Assembly: GCF_006345805.1 (NCBI RefSeq)
Contig: NC_043006.1
Location: 53,568,001 to 53,632,000 of the forward strand
Length of the DNA stretch: 64,000 bases
DNA from: Octopus sinensis
Lineage: Eukaryota
Direction of reading: 5' to 3'
Made by a program: the position numbers and the translations under genes. The notes below the pieces were generated by a model. That model worked only from the letters and a program-made list of their open reading frames with translations. It had not been told where the DNA came from and made no database searches. Positions 26,801 through 39,909 of this stretch are shown here, piece after piece (within the stretch, counting starts at the first letter, position 1; every line of letters starts with the position of its first letter).

Positions 26801-29800
26801 TCACACCTACATCAAGCTTTGTTAATCATCAGTATTTTATAAAAGGACTGCAATGTAATTGCTTTTTCAAGTACTCACCACAGAAGTGGTGCAAGAGGGT
26901 TTGTGAGTAAATCTGCAAATGGTCTCAAGAAGCAGCTCTTAATTTCTGGGAGAAAGAAGTAATTAAATACAGTTCCAAGTGGATCTGGTCAAGGAAGAAT
27001 AGAAGAGAATTTCAAAAGGCATAATTCACCAAAGAGTCAACTGGCATCTTCATATAAACTGTTTGCAACACCAATGTTTGGATCTGGGGCACCCTAACCA
27101 TCTGGAGGGCTACATTGATACAGAAAGTCAAAGGGTATCCTGGAGTATCGACCTGAATGTGACTTATCCCTCTACAATGTAAAGGATTAAGGGTCAAAAC
27201 ACTCGCATGGGGTCTCTGAAGACTTTCTGCTGTTTAGTTCACCGTAATGTTCAACTCAGTGTGAATCATAAACAGGCTAATTAATCAACTGTAAATAGCT
27301 TCTCCAAATAACCAGGGAGTTATTCTCTAGATAAACTGAAGCTAGTAGCAACCATTAGCTGAAGTCAACCTAAACCATGCAGATCTTTGTTTTAAGGGTA
27401 TCCCAACCTTCTACTTAGCATTTCATAAATATGGCTACTTCTAGCAAGTTAGAAGTTCCTTTCTTGCTTCAACTGAAACTATATGATATTTAGCCCAGGG
27501 ACAGTCCTGATTGAGCAAACTTATGGACAAAGATGTTCTAGCAATGAACAACCCATCTTTTTGTATATGAGGGGGCTACACTACTTACTGCGTATTTACT
27601 TTTCTAAAATGATATGGTAGGATTCAAGTGATATTTAATTGTTTTTAACTAGTTGAGCACCCAAACAAAGGTTCCATCTTTAGTTCAGCTAAGGCCAGAT
27701 AACTAGGAGTGTCTTTTTAAGAAATACCACTATGTTTTCAACACACTCACCACATAAACTTGGTCCAATTATTTGTTAACTATTTTACCCACTACAAAAC
27801 ATTCACACTTGCAGACGTAATTAGAGTTATTTGCAATAATATGTGTGTGTGTGTTTTTATATAATACACCTCTCCACCATTTCATGCCCATTTTACTACT
27901 TTTGCTTCAGTGAAAAAGCTTTGTAAGTTTAAATATTTGCACTTAGCTAAAACAGTCAGAATTCTTCAGTATTACTGTTGCTAGTTAATACAAGCCTTGA
28001 GTTGTGATACAATGGCTGACAAAGAGGGGTTTCTAAACAGTTATTGCTGGTATAACAGCTAGATCTCCACAACAGGTACTGTAGTTTATAAATGAAGACC
28101 ACACACTGAACTTCCATATTTCAGAGATGGCATGTCCATAATAAATACAGTTGGCTATGGTTACAAATCAGAGCAAATCAGTAATTTGTTTCAACAACAC
28201 AATGGCTATAGCCAGGATTGAAATCGGAACCATATGAATCAATAATAGTTGAACATCTTAACCCCACAACCTCACTAATCCTTAATGACAGATGAGAGAA
28301 AAATAAAATTAGAATTACATTAAAACTCCAACAGCTGGTTTAAAAATTTTAATCACTGACCCCACCCCCACCCTTCCCTTCTTTAAAAGCTATTTTCACA
28401 ATATATGAAGTCAATGATTCTGTAATTTAAACATGCATGCATTCTGATCAACTATATTTTGCAACAAATTGCTCATTATCTAAAAATAAAAAACAAGATG
28501 GTAGATTCCATAATTATAATTTACAAAACTGAAATTAGATGCACAAAAATATTTCTTGAAGATAAACATTTTCACTAAGGTATATTAGGTTGCTGCCCTC
28601 TAGCTGCTGTGACTAAAAAGACAGTCTTGTACCAAGAAACAAGTATAGGACAAGACACACCTCAAACTTTAACAAGTTTGATGGCACACTGACAAAGCAG
28701 CCTTACTGCAGTTGGTAGTAGTAAAAGGACTCTGAAAGAGACATGTATTACTTTGACTTGAATTGAACATCTTAGTACTTAAGTAACAGTACGCATTTGA
28801 CATGGACCAGAAAAAAAAAAGCATCTTTCTAGTGCACCAGACCACACCAAAGTTTAAATCCATCTAAGCCTAATTGCTTTCATTTGATACAAGGTCAATA
28901 ACATAAGTACCATTAATATTCTATTAAGAATAAACCTTAAACAGAAACTGATGTTAACAAATATTTAATGTAATTATATCATATGTGATAACTACATAAA
29001 ATTTTACTTTATTCCTTACAATATAACTGTGTGTTCATAAATTCTTACTTTATTCCTAACCAATATATTAAAGATGTAATCCCACTGCATGTCTACAGGT
29101 TAAAGTAATCAAGTACTACAAGTGTGTAGATTTAGATCTTAGTTTGACACTATATATACATATAATTAAGACTTGACACAAAAAGTTAGTTAAGAGACTA
29201 AGTAACTCAATCATATGGCAAAATTTAACAACCGAGAAAAGCCTTCTCATTCTTACACAAATGCAAAAATGACACTCCACCCCAAAGTAAACTTGCATTA
29301 ATTGAACAACCTACTTAAAATTTAAGTAATTGAGTATTTCACAGACATTTGTAACCCTCAGGCAGAATCTGCATGGTACTGTAAATGACAAGATCAGGCT
29401 TCTGATTCATGAATACCATGCATCCAACAGACTGCCAATCTCAAGATTTTGACCAACCACAGCCATGCAGTGGGATTGAACCTGGAAACATTGTGATTGC
29501 AAAGCGAACTTCAAAATCAAACTGATATATATCATCATCATCATACCCCTCAGGCTGGACATAAATTATGTGTATAAAAATATACATGTCCTGAGTGACA
29601 ACAGAGTGGAACCTACAAAAGGCAGAATATGTGACGTATGCATGTTGTGGAACACAAAGTTACAAATTATTTAAACAATATAAAGACCTAAATTGTCAAT
29701 ATATCAATGTAAACAATTGCAAATGCAACAAACTCACCCCATTTGATAGTTTTTTTAGTGATTAGATGAGAAATATAACAGCTCTAGTATGGGCCACAAT

Positions 29801-30330
29801 TAGGGAAATTTAGTTGAAGAACACAGTATCTATCAACCAACTTAAGCATTTTAGCATTTCATTCTATTACAGAAGTATGTAAAACAAAATTGAGACAAGC
29901 AAGGATTATAAGTGAAAGGTGCATCTAAATGACTTATGTATTAACTGACTGCTCAAATTTGTTCGTTATGTTAACAATGAATAGAAAATGAAGATGGAAA
30001 GAGAGAGAGAGAGAGAGAGAGACAGATGTACTTTGAAGTGTTGCACCAAACTATATCAACATCAAGAAGATACAAAAGTTTATGCTTGAACCAATACTGA
30101 AATCAAAAATACTTGATGATTAACACAAGGAGGATGGCAGCTAGAGTCATTTAACTAAACCCCAGGTATTACTTTTCGGTGAGGCATTAAATGGACACAC
30201 ATTTGGCACTGATGGAATTGGAAAGAATTTTAACTTTCAAGAAGTTGAAGGAAAAAAAAAAAATTGTTAAAACCTGCAAAAGAAATGGAGGATGAGGTAG
30301 GATGAAGACAGAGAGGAAAACAGTAACAGA

Positions 30331-30549
30331 CTATGTCACTAACTCTGTCTCCATTCTCATACTATTACTATCGTCATGGAAACCTGGCATGGGTTTCAAG
30401 AGTTCATCATTTGACTTCTCGTCGTACATTTGATTGGATTCGGTGTCTGTGTTCTGCATAGGAGGAATATTCTCACTGTCTTGATTGTCATCCCAGTCAA
30501 TCTTGAACCGGGTCACCCTTGGACATGTTGCCAAAATATTACGTTGTAA
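30331..30549 (-). CDS. ASF1: ASF1 coding exon 4 (LQRNILATCPRVTRFKIDWDD...METELVT*)
   Basis: ttctag|TTA acceptor; RNILA..PRVTRF.I.W motif; TAG at 30331-30333; spliced CDS is 621 nt = 206 aa. Confidence 0.96.
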   Translation of the reverse strand, partial: LQRNILATCPRVTRFKIDWDDNQDSENIPPMQNTDTESNQMYDEKSNDELLKPMPGFHDDSNSMRMETELVT

Positions 30550-31925
30550 CTAGAAGAGGAAAAGAGGAAGAAAAAAAAAATGGAATAAATAAAACTTTGC
30601 AACAGTAAATATATTAAAACTTCAGGATGATAATACTACACCACCCTGCTCTACCTAGTTGAAAACAAATGATATAAACCCATAATTAGTGTCAAAAAAT
30701 GCATTTGTACCCTACTGTATCAAATGACACATACACACGTGACCGGCTTCTGTCAGTTTCTTTTCACCCAAAGTTTTGGTTGACTCAACACTATAATAGA
30801 AGACACATGCCCAAAGTACCATGCAATGGGACTGAACCTAGGACCATGTAGTTGGAAAGCAAACTTCTTACTACACAACCACATCTGTTTAAGTTAGCTT
30901 TGCACCCACATGGTCTTGGGTCTCTGGTCATACAGCACAGCACTGACCAAGTATTGTAGCTACAGCTTGACCAATGACTTTTGAGTGGAATGCACTCTTC
31001 CCCCACTAGTGTGGTCCCTGTTGGTTTTTCCAGGCCGAGGAAGATGCAATCAGCTCTCTCCAACGGGGTACCTGTGTAAACAGCTTGACCAATACTATAT
31101 AGAAGCTTTGTCATATGCGTTTGTGTAAAGATGGATCCCTTTATGTCAAAGGGATTTGATTACTATTTGATTACTAGTGCCTGATGGCCCAGCCTCAAGA
31201 GAAATAAAAATATATACCAACATTAGAAACAAACATACATGTAGTGAAATTACCATGCAAGCTTCCTCAATATCTATAAAGCTGAAATGCGAAAAAGTTG
31301 CTTGATTTCTTGGTTATTTGTCTCACTTTGGGATGGTAACGGTTTAAGGGGTGGTAGATGGGGTTGGATTGGCACCAAAATTCACACTGGGAGGTGTGGG
31401 GGGGGGGTAAAATAAGGTGAGCAATGGTGTGAGGAGGGTTGCAAGTCGCTCGGGGCTACCGTTTGTTTGCCATGGTGAGGAATATGGGAAAAATTGAGTT
31501 TTAAAGAAGATAAAAACGAAAAAAGAAAAAGAAGGCAATAAAAAGAACCAGGCAAAGAAGACGAACAAAAGATGAAAGGGAAATGGAGACAACACGCACA
31601 GAACACCACCACCAAAACCCAAGTGAAGCACAGGTCAAAATAGCTAGTCTGTTAGAAATAACAGCTAAATCTCTCTCAAATTATGTCGTGTCACTAAAAC
31701 TCTTAAAGTTAGTGCCCCAGCATAGCCACAGTGCAATCACGGAAACCAGTCAATATGTCAACCATGAGAGAAATATCTCGATGAGTGATGAGAGAGGTTG
31801 ACCATCCAATTCACTTAGCCACTCAATTTTCATACCAATACAGAAATAAATTATTTTATATCATTTTCAACAGAAAACAAATACATGTCACATTACAAAA
31901 AAATAAATGTACATAATAAACCAAC

Positions 31926-32102
31926 CTTATCATAGACTGGCATGTCTGGAGGTGTTTCTTTCAGCTCAGGATCGCTGTATTCATTATTAACATAGTAACC
32001 AACCCGGATAAATTCCTTACTTTTGTATGAACAGGTCAGCAACACAACAGTTACACCAACTGCATCAGCTATTGGAATTTTACTAGTGTCTGGTGGCCCA
32101 GC
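31926..32102 (-). CDS. ASF1: ASF1 coding exon 3 (AGPPDTSKIPIADAVGVTVVLLTCSYKSKEFIRVGYYVNNEYSDPELKETPPDMPVYDK)
   Basis: Read manually (no ATG, so absent from the ORF track); ctctttag|GCT acceptor, AAG|gttggt donor; 177 nt; GVTVVLLTCSY...EFIRVGYYV motif. Confidence 0.97.
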
Positions 32103-34182
32103 CTAAAGAGAAATAAAAAATATATACAAACATTAGAAACAAACAAACACGTAGTGAAATTACCATGCAAGCTTAAACTGTTAGAAATAGCTAAATCTCT
32201 GTCACTTTTTGTAGCTCAGCACCCACCTTTACCATTATCATTTAACGACCGTTTTCCATGCTAGCATGGGTTGGGCGGTTTGACCGGGGTCTGGGAAGCC
32301 AGGAAGCTGCACCAGGCTCCAGTCTAATTTGGCAGTGTTTCTACAGCTTGATGCCCTTCCTGGTGCCAACCACTCCATGAGTGTAGTGGGTGTTTTTTAC
32401 ATGTCACCAACACAGAAGCCAGTCAAGGTGGTGCTGGCATCGGCCACGTTCAGATGGTGCTTTTTACATGCCACCGGCACGAGTATCACAACTACAATTT
32501 CCATTTGATTTTCATTTTGATGTACTTGACTCAATAGGTATCCTCAAGCATAGCAGGTCACCCTATGATCCAAGATTTTTTGAATGGGCTGGGGCTGGTT
32601 ATGCAAAACTGGTGTAGGATACAGCTGTGAACTCACATTATTTGTCAGGTCTTCGCAGTCACAGTATATTTCCAGAGGTCTCAGTCTTTCGTCATTGCCT
32701 CTGAGAAGCCTAACATTCAAAGGTCATGCTTGACCACCTCATCCCATGTCTTCCTGTGTCTGCCTCTACTCCAGATTCCTTCAACTGTTTGGGAGTGGCA
32801 CTTCTTCACACCTCTCTCCTCATCCATCCATAGTACATGACCATACCAGAGTGAACGTCTCTCTTGCACGCTACATCCTATGCTTCTTATGTCCAACATT
32901 TCTCCAGGGCACTTACACTGTCGTCTGTGCACACTGACCTTATACATCCAATGGATCATGCTAGCTTCATTTCTTTCGAGCCTACGCATGTCCCCCACAG
33001 TCATGGCCCATGTTTCACTGCAGTGAAGCATGGCAGTTCGCATACATGCATTGTACAATCTACCTTTCACTCTGAGCGAGAGGCCCTTTTCACCAGTAGG
33101 GGTAGAAGCTTTCTAAACTTTGCCCAGGCTATTCTTATTCTAGTGGTAACACTGAGCATCCACCCCCACTACTAACTTGGTCACCTAGGTAGCAGAAGCT
33201 ATCAACTACTTCTAGTTTCTCCCTGCTGGAGTGTGATGGAATCTGTTTTGTTTATTGCTCCTGTGCATCTACCACACACGAAAGCTATCTTCTCAGTTAA
33301 TCTTCCTTTGATGTTGCTGCACCTCTTATGTGTCCATAGCTTACACTGGGTACATCTTATAGAGTTTTTACCTACACCTTTTCTATAGATCGAGAGTGTG
33401 TGTGTTGTGTTCACCTTCCTACTTACTAGAACTTTGGTCTTTGCTACATTGATTCTAAGGCCTTTTGATTCTAAACTTTGCTTCCAGACCAGAAATTTCT
33501 TCTCTAGTTCTGGTAGTGATTCTGCTATGAGGGCCAGGTCATCAGAGGAGCTCCCAGGGGCAACCTGCCCTGAATTCCTGTTATTGCCTAGAGGACTATG
33601 ATAAATAAAAGGGGACTGAGGGCTGAACCTTGGTGGACCCCTACTTCTACCAGGAATTCTTCATTATACTCATTGCCAATCCTAACCTCACTAACGGCCT
33701 CTCTGTATAGAGCCTGTACAGCCCTTATTAACCATTCGTCAATCCCCAGTTTCCGCATCACCCACCAGATAAGAGATCGGGGGACCTTGTCAAAGACTTT
33801 CTCCAAGTCAATGAAAGCTAAGTATAGGGGTTTATCTTTAATTACGTATTTCTCCTGCAGTTGTCAAACCATGAATATGGCATCAGTGGTGCTTCTACTC
33901 GGCACAAAACCGAACTGCATCTCATCTAAGCAGACTCTCTCCCTAATGAGATGGGCTATGACCCTCACCGTGACCTTCATCAACTGATCCAGCAGTTTGA
34001 TACCCTTGTAGTTATTTCTATCCAGAGCATCACCTTTACCCTTGTAGCAGTTGACTATGGTGCTGCTACGCCAGTCATTGGGTATGACTCCATCATGAAC
34101 TACCTGTTCTATATTTAAGAGATGAGGAATTATGTACATTATTTACATTTGACAGATATTTGTCCTCATCTTGTTTGTTGTT

Positions 34183-34228
34183 AACACAACGTTTTGGCTG
34201 ATATACTCTCCAGCTTTCTTCAGATGTC
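34183..34228 (-). ncRNA. Minimal type I hammerhead motif, degenerate (GAAA changed to AAAA)
   Basis: gacat-CTGAAGA-aagctg(10 nt)cagcc-AAAAC-GTT/gtgtt on the - strand. Confidence 0.5.
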
Positions 34229-34489
34229 TTGGGAAAATTTCGAACCTGGGTTCTCATTCCTAAGGTATTTCTCAATGTTATTATTATTATTGTTCAGGTC
34301 ACTGCTTGGAATCAAACTCAGAATCTTGGGGTTAGTAGCCCGCGCTCTTAACCACTACGCCATATGCCTATGGGTTAAGAGCACGGCTACTAACCCTAAG
34401 ATTGAGAGTTCGATTCAAAGCAGTGACCTGAACAAAAATAACATAAAAAAACCCTTAGGAATGAGAACCCAGGTTCGAAATTTCCCCAA

Positions 34490-34535
34490 GACACCTGAAG
34501 GAGGCTGGAGGGTATATCAGCCGAAACGTTGTGTT
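34490..34535 (+). ncRNA. Minimal type I hammerhead ribozyme motif (variant core)
   Basis: gacac-CTGAAGGA-GGCTG(10 nt)CAGCC-GAAAC-GTT/gtgtt; palindromic ACGT stem III. Confidence 0.6.
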
Positions 34536-37500
34536 AACAACAAACAATATGAGGACAAATATCCATCGAATGTGTGACTAGGCCATAGTTCACATCACTG
34601 GATGTTTTAAGTATCTCAGCAGCGATTCCTGATGGGCTGGGGGCTTTTCCTGGCTTCATACTCTTAATTGCTTTATCTACCAGGGAGTTGTCTATTCGGA
34701 TAGCTGGTCCCTCTACTGGGTCAACATTTGGCAGGTTCTCCTCCCATTCATTCTCCATTTACAGCAGTCTTTCAAAATGGCTTCTCCAAGCCTCTTCCGT
34801 GACATCACAAAAAAAAAAAAATAAATAAATAGAAAAATGATAAACTAATTTTGAAAAGTAGTTTATCTATATTGTGCCTCTTTATGTGGATTAGTACCCC
34901 TTTCATTGATTTTCTTTTTTCTTTTCAATGAAAATTACTGCAAAGACAACATCTATAACAAAATTATACTTGACTTGGTGCAATAGCTCATGTTTCTGCT
35001 CACTGAAAATAACTTTATTTTAAAATTATTCCCGTCTTCAAAAGTATTAACGAATGTAAAAAGGTTTGTACTCAGACAGAATGCAATGCAATATTATTAG
35101 AGATGTACTTGCATAGCAAGTGACCTGACCTGAGATCGTGTGCTAAAACAAAAACAATTGCAGCGTGGAAGGTAAACCGTTAGATTCACTTAAACATTTA
35201 AATTTAATTTGTCAAAACATTTTCGTCACTTTGAGACCGCGACCTGTTGACAAAAATTCTGTGCTGCATGTCAGCACGCTGCAAATGTAATATTAAATAA
35301 CATTAAAATACTGTTTCCTAAAAAAAAAAAAACCTCAAACCCAATGAGTATACTGGGTGAAAGGTCGTAATACTGAACCACGAGTTCTTACACTGTGTAA
35401 TAAGAGCAAGTTCAAGCTATGAAACCAGCAAACTAATGTTTAAGATACGAGGGGCAAAAAAAAAGCAAATGAGAAATGAATTAAAACGAAATATAATACA
35501 AGGGAGATAATTATGTAAAACTATATTCTGATTTATCCCCCTTCGACATGAACACGCTGGGGAATTTTTCAGCGTTTTAGTCATAAAAACCTGTCACAAT
35601 GAAAATGTATCGCACTTAGTGCGGCGAAAACACCGACTCCCAAATAATGTTTAAGTTAAAAGTTTGTGTGCTTTTGAATGGCTAAAATAAATCTTCCACG
35701 CTGCAAATTGTTTCAACACAATCTCGGATCAAATTACTTGCCAGATAAATACATCCCTGGGTTTCCAAAAGGCTAATGGATACTATTTTCACTATCGCTA
35801 AATATCCGTAACAAACGGATTTGTTACACACACGACCTTAAATAAAAAGACTGTGTTAAACAATATAGTTACTGATACACGATTATCACAACTAGAATAC
35901 ATCATCAGTATATTTTAACGAATCCTGAGACAAAACAAAGTTTATCTAAGAAGGCTGATCTCAGGAATTTAAATCTCATGGAGATGACAAAGGACTGGGA
36001 TATCTGGCGATATGTGGTACTCAAGAAAACCTACCCCCATGTCAGTAAAACTGAAGTTCTGAAAGCAAAATGTCTGATACAAAATTGCGACCCCCTCCCC
36101 GCTTAATTTCCTCATCAAATCTTCCCCTCACCCCTCTTCTCTACCACTGATTTATCACTCATTTGCCAAATGCTATTTTCTGCAAATGACGGCAGAGCTA
36201 TCATTCTCACTACTGCAAACCATTTCAGTAGAGTTCCATCCTTCGTTATTAAACTGTCCCTCTTCACTCAACATTGATTATTCCATTCTTCTGAGCAACC
36301 AAATAATCTCTCCTCCCTTGAACCACTTCCTATTGATTTGCTTATATCACCACACATCTCTCACTTTCTCCTTATGCACTACATGTATCTCTTTTCACAC
36401 TTTTGCAACCTACCCACACATCATCTCTTTCTCTTTGTCCCACTGCTCTTCACTCCTCCTAGTAGATGCCAACCACCATCTACTCCCCAACTCTTCTTCA
36501 CTCCTATATCCCTCCCAATCTAGTCCTCATTTACTGAAACTGAAAGAAATCTGTCCATCCAACAACACATCTACTCTACCTAAACTTGTTCATCAGTCAG
36601 TATATTCCCACCCCAACCCCATTTTTTAACATCTCTCATTGCTACCTCTATCCAGCCACCCTTCTTGTTATGCCCAACCAGGGCTCACCCTGACACCCCA
36701 TTACCATTATCTGTATTTCTCTTTCCGGCCCCACACCAATTACTCCCATCCACTCTGGTATAATTTGAGCAGCTATGCATCTTTTCTATAGCAAGAAACC
36801 TAGTCTGTCCCCTTCCTTCATACACTAACCTTTCATCACTTAATACAAAGCTACCTCCTTCTGTAATGTAGCCTCCATTCAGTTAATAGGAATCCTTATC
36901 TTGCAAGCTACATGGTATCATTAATGTTAAGCTACAGCATTTAACGTCCCTTTCTCATGCTGGCATGAGTTGGGCAGTTTGACAGGAACTGGCAAGCCAG
37001 AGAGCTGCACCAAGTACCAGATGTTTGCTTTGGTATGGTTTCTACAACTGGATGCCCTTCCTAATACCAACCATCCACTTTACAGAGTGTAGTAGGTACT
37101 TTTTATGTGGTGCCACCATGGGGAATTAAATATACATACACACACACACACACAGGCCACCACCAAAGAACTTATGAGCTGTCATACTGATGATGTCTAC
37201 TGAGGAAGAAACATGTGTCCATAACTTAAGTGGTTAGCATTAAAAGGAACATCCAGCCATAGAAACCAAAGCAGACTTTGAAACAGATGCAGTCCTGACC
37301 TGTTGGATTCTGTCAAATCATTCAACACATGCCAGCATGGAAGATAGAGTTTGAAGATGATTATTATATGTATACATAAATCATTATCACAACTCATTAG
37401 CATTTAAACTGGTCATATATGCCCCAAATATTCTACCCGTTTTAATATTCAAACTGGCCAGATCCAGCCTCTCACATGTATCATACAATGTCATTCTAAA

Positions 37501-37747
37501 AATAAACAATCACATCATTGAAATCCCAAGACCAAAAGATATTGTATGATTAATTCAAAACAATATGGATAAATAAGTATTACATATGACAGAGAAATCT
37601 GAATGCTAAAGAGCTAATAACTAGCAAAAAAAAAAAAAAACTGCCTGAAAGGATATTTTTCAACAAATACTTATATTGCTTATAATTCACATAAAACAAG
37701 TTTTTAAAATCAAACCTGATTGGGGACCTGACCTATCATCAAGAGTA

Positions 37748-37961
37748 TTAACCCTTTTGTTACCGTATTTCTGCTGAGATGTTTTGTGTTTCTTTCAATT
37801 AATTTTGAATGTACCAAATAATTTAGTTATCAGTAAGCTAGTGTTAGGAACATAAATTGTGACTAAGGTTTGGGAGATTTTAATTCAGAACTTTTGAAAA
37901 CAAGACATTTGTACTACAGAGCCAGAGACGGTTTCAGCCAGGTTGGTATTGAAAGGGTTAA
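37748..37961. mobile_element. piggyBac-type MITE
   Basis: TTAA-CCCTTT...AAAGGG-TTAA termini. Confidence 0.75.
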
Positions 37962-38639
37962 ATGTATTACAATCCCGTCATTTTTTTTAAAGACTGTATT
38001 GCCCAATTTGCCCTCATTTTTAAGATGGTACTGTATGATATAAGGGAGATTTGGTTGCAGATGTTATACTGACCAAGACATGTGGTCAAGCCTTGAAACA
38101 GACATTTTGTTAGCAGCACTAGACAAATGCATTATATACTGTCAACCACATTCATAAAAAAAAATCCATCCTCCAAATTCACAAATATGTTTACATTATC
38201 ATCATCATCATTTAACATTCATTTTCCATGCTGGCAGGGGTTAGATGGCTTGACTGGAAGCTGGTAAGCTGGGGAGCTGCACCAAGTTCCAATCTGATTT
38301 GGCATAGTTTCTACAGCTGGATGCCCTTCCCAATGCCAACCATTGCAAGAGTGTAGCGGGTGTTTTTTATGTGCCAGTTACATAACAGAGGCATCGGCTA
38401 CAATTACAATCTCACTTGGCTTGATAGGTCTTCTCAAGCACAATATATTGCCAAAAGTCTCAGTCACTTATCACTGCCTCTGTAAGGCTCAAAGTTCAAT
38501 GGGTGCTTTTTACATGGCAGTTATGCCACTACTTCAATTTCACTTGGTTTAGCACAATATCCAAAATTTGCTAATAATTGCCCAGTTAAGCCTGACGCAA
38601 AGATTCTTATAAAAGGAGAAAAAAGCGAGAGAGTCAAAG

Positions 38640-39000
38640 AGCAAGTTATTCTTTTATTTGTTTGTCATTTGGTTGCAACCATGCCGGAACACTGCCTTGA
38701 AATGTTTTTGTCGAACAATTCAACTCCAGGACTTATTTTTAAGCCTAGTACTTATACTATTGGTCTCTTTGCCAAACCACTAAGTTACAGGGACATAAAT
38801 ACACCAACACTGGTTGTCAAGCAATGATGGGGGAAGAAACACAGACATAGTTATATATATATATAAGACAGGCTTCTTTCAGTTTCTACCAACCAAATCC
38901 ATTCACAAAGCTTTGATCAACCTGAGACTATAGAAGACATGCAGTGGGACTGAATCTGGAATCATGGTTGGGAAGCAAGCTTCTTACCACACAGCCACGG
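38640..39000 (-). mobile_element. SINE family A
   Basis: Reverse-complement similarity. Confidence 0.75.
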
Positions 39001-39871
39001 CAATTAGTAAACCCTTTCTAAATTACAAGGATCCACCAGATTAATGCTCAATTTTGGATTCTATAAGGTTAAGTAGATGGCACATAGCACACTGGATAAG
39101 TTGATTTATTGAAGTTAACTTCCTTTGTTAGAGAAACTGCTGTCAACATTTGATGCTAGGGAATCAGTTTTCAGTTTTACAGTAAAAACTACACCACCTT
39201 GTAAAACCAGACTTGACTAACCTACAAATTCCAAATCCAACATTTCAGTAGTGTTCATACTTGAGATAGTACCGTTACACAAAAGCACACTAGACCACAC
39301 TCAAAAGACAAGGATTCACTCAATAACACACTGCATCTTTTCACTACCCATCGTTAACTGCAACAGCAGCAACTCAATACTCTCCTCATTCATCATCATC
39401 ATTTAACGTCCGCTTTCCATGCTGGCATGGGTTGGACAGTTTGGCTGAGGATTGATTATCCCGAAGGCTGCACCAGGCTCAATCTGATCTGGCCAAGTTT
39501 CTACAGCTGGATGCCCTTCCTAATGCCAACCACTCCGAGAGTGTAGTGGGTGCTTTTACATGCCACCAGCACAAGGGCCAGTCAGGTGGTTCTGGCAACG
39601 ACCATGCTCAAAAGGTGTTTTTCACATGCTACCTGCACGGGAGCCAGTACGGTGGCAATGGCAATGAAGACGCTCGAATATTTTCATACACTACTGTGTC
39701 TGTCATACACAATCTTCTATAAAAACGTTCGGTTATGGGCAAGTATTAACTTACTTAGAAACAGGAGAAGACTGATGACAGAAAGGACATCAGGGTGTAG
39801 AAAATCTAACATAATATTCTGGCCAATTCATACAAGCATGGAAAAGTGGATATTGAAATGATACTGTTTTA

Positions 39872-39909
<38 letters not shown>

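Larger units (their letters stand above)
34106..34573. mobile_element. Head-to-head pair of tRNA-derived SINE-like elements with hammerhead tails, inserted in an RTE LINE
   Basis: - copy 34106-34368 (A box TGGCGTAGTGG); + copy about 34369-34573 (B box GAGTTCGATTC 34406-34416); the RTE reading frame resumes on both sides. Confidence 0.75.
32230..34800 (-). mobile_element. Decayed RTE-clade LINE (RT, C-terminus and 3' UTR) in ASF1 intron 2
   Basis: Fragments KAIKSMKPGKAP, IPNDWRSSTIVNCYKGKGDALDRNNYKGIKLL, QFGF, KVFDKVPR, GVHQGSALSPLLF, HCSETW; 3' end with catcat tail. Confidence 0.9.
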
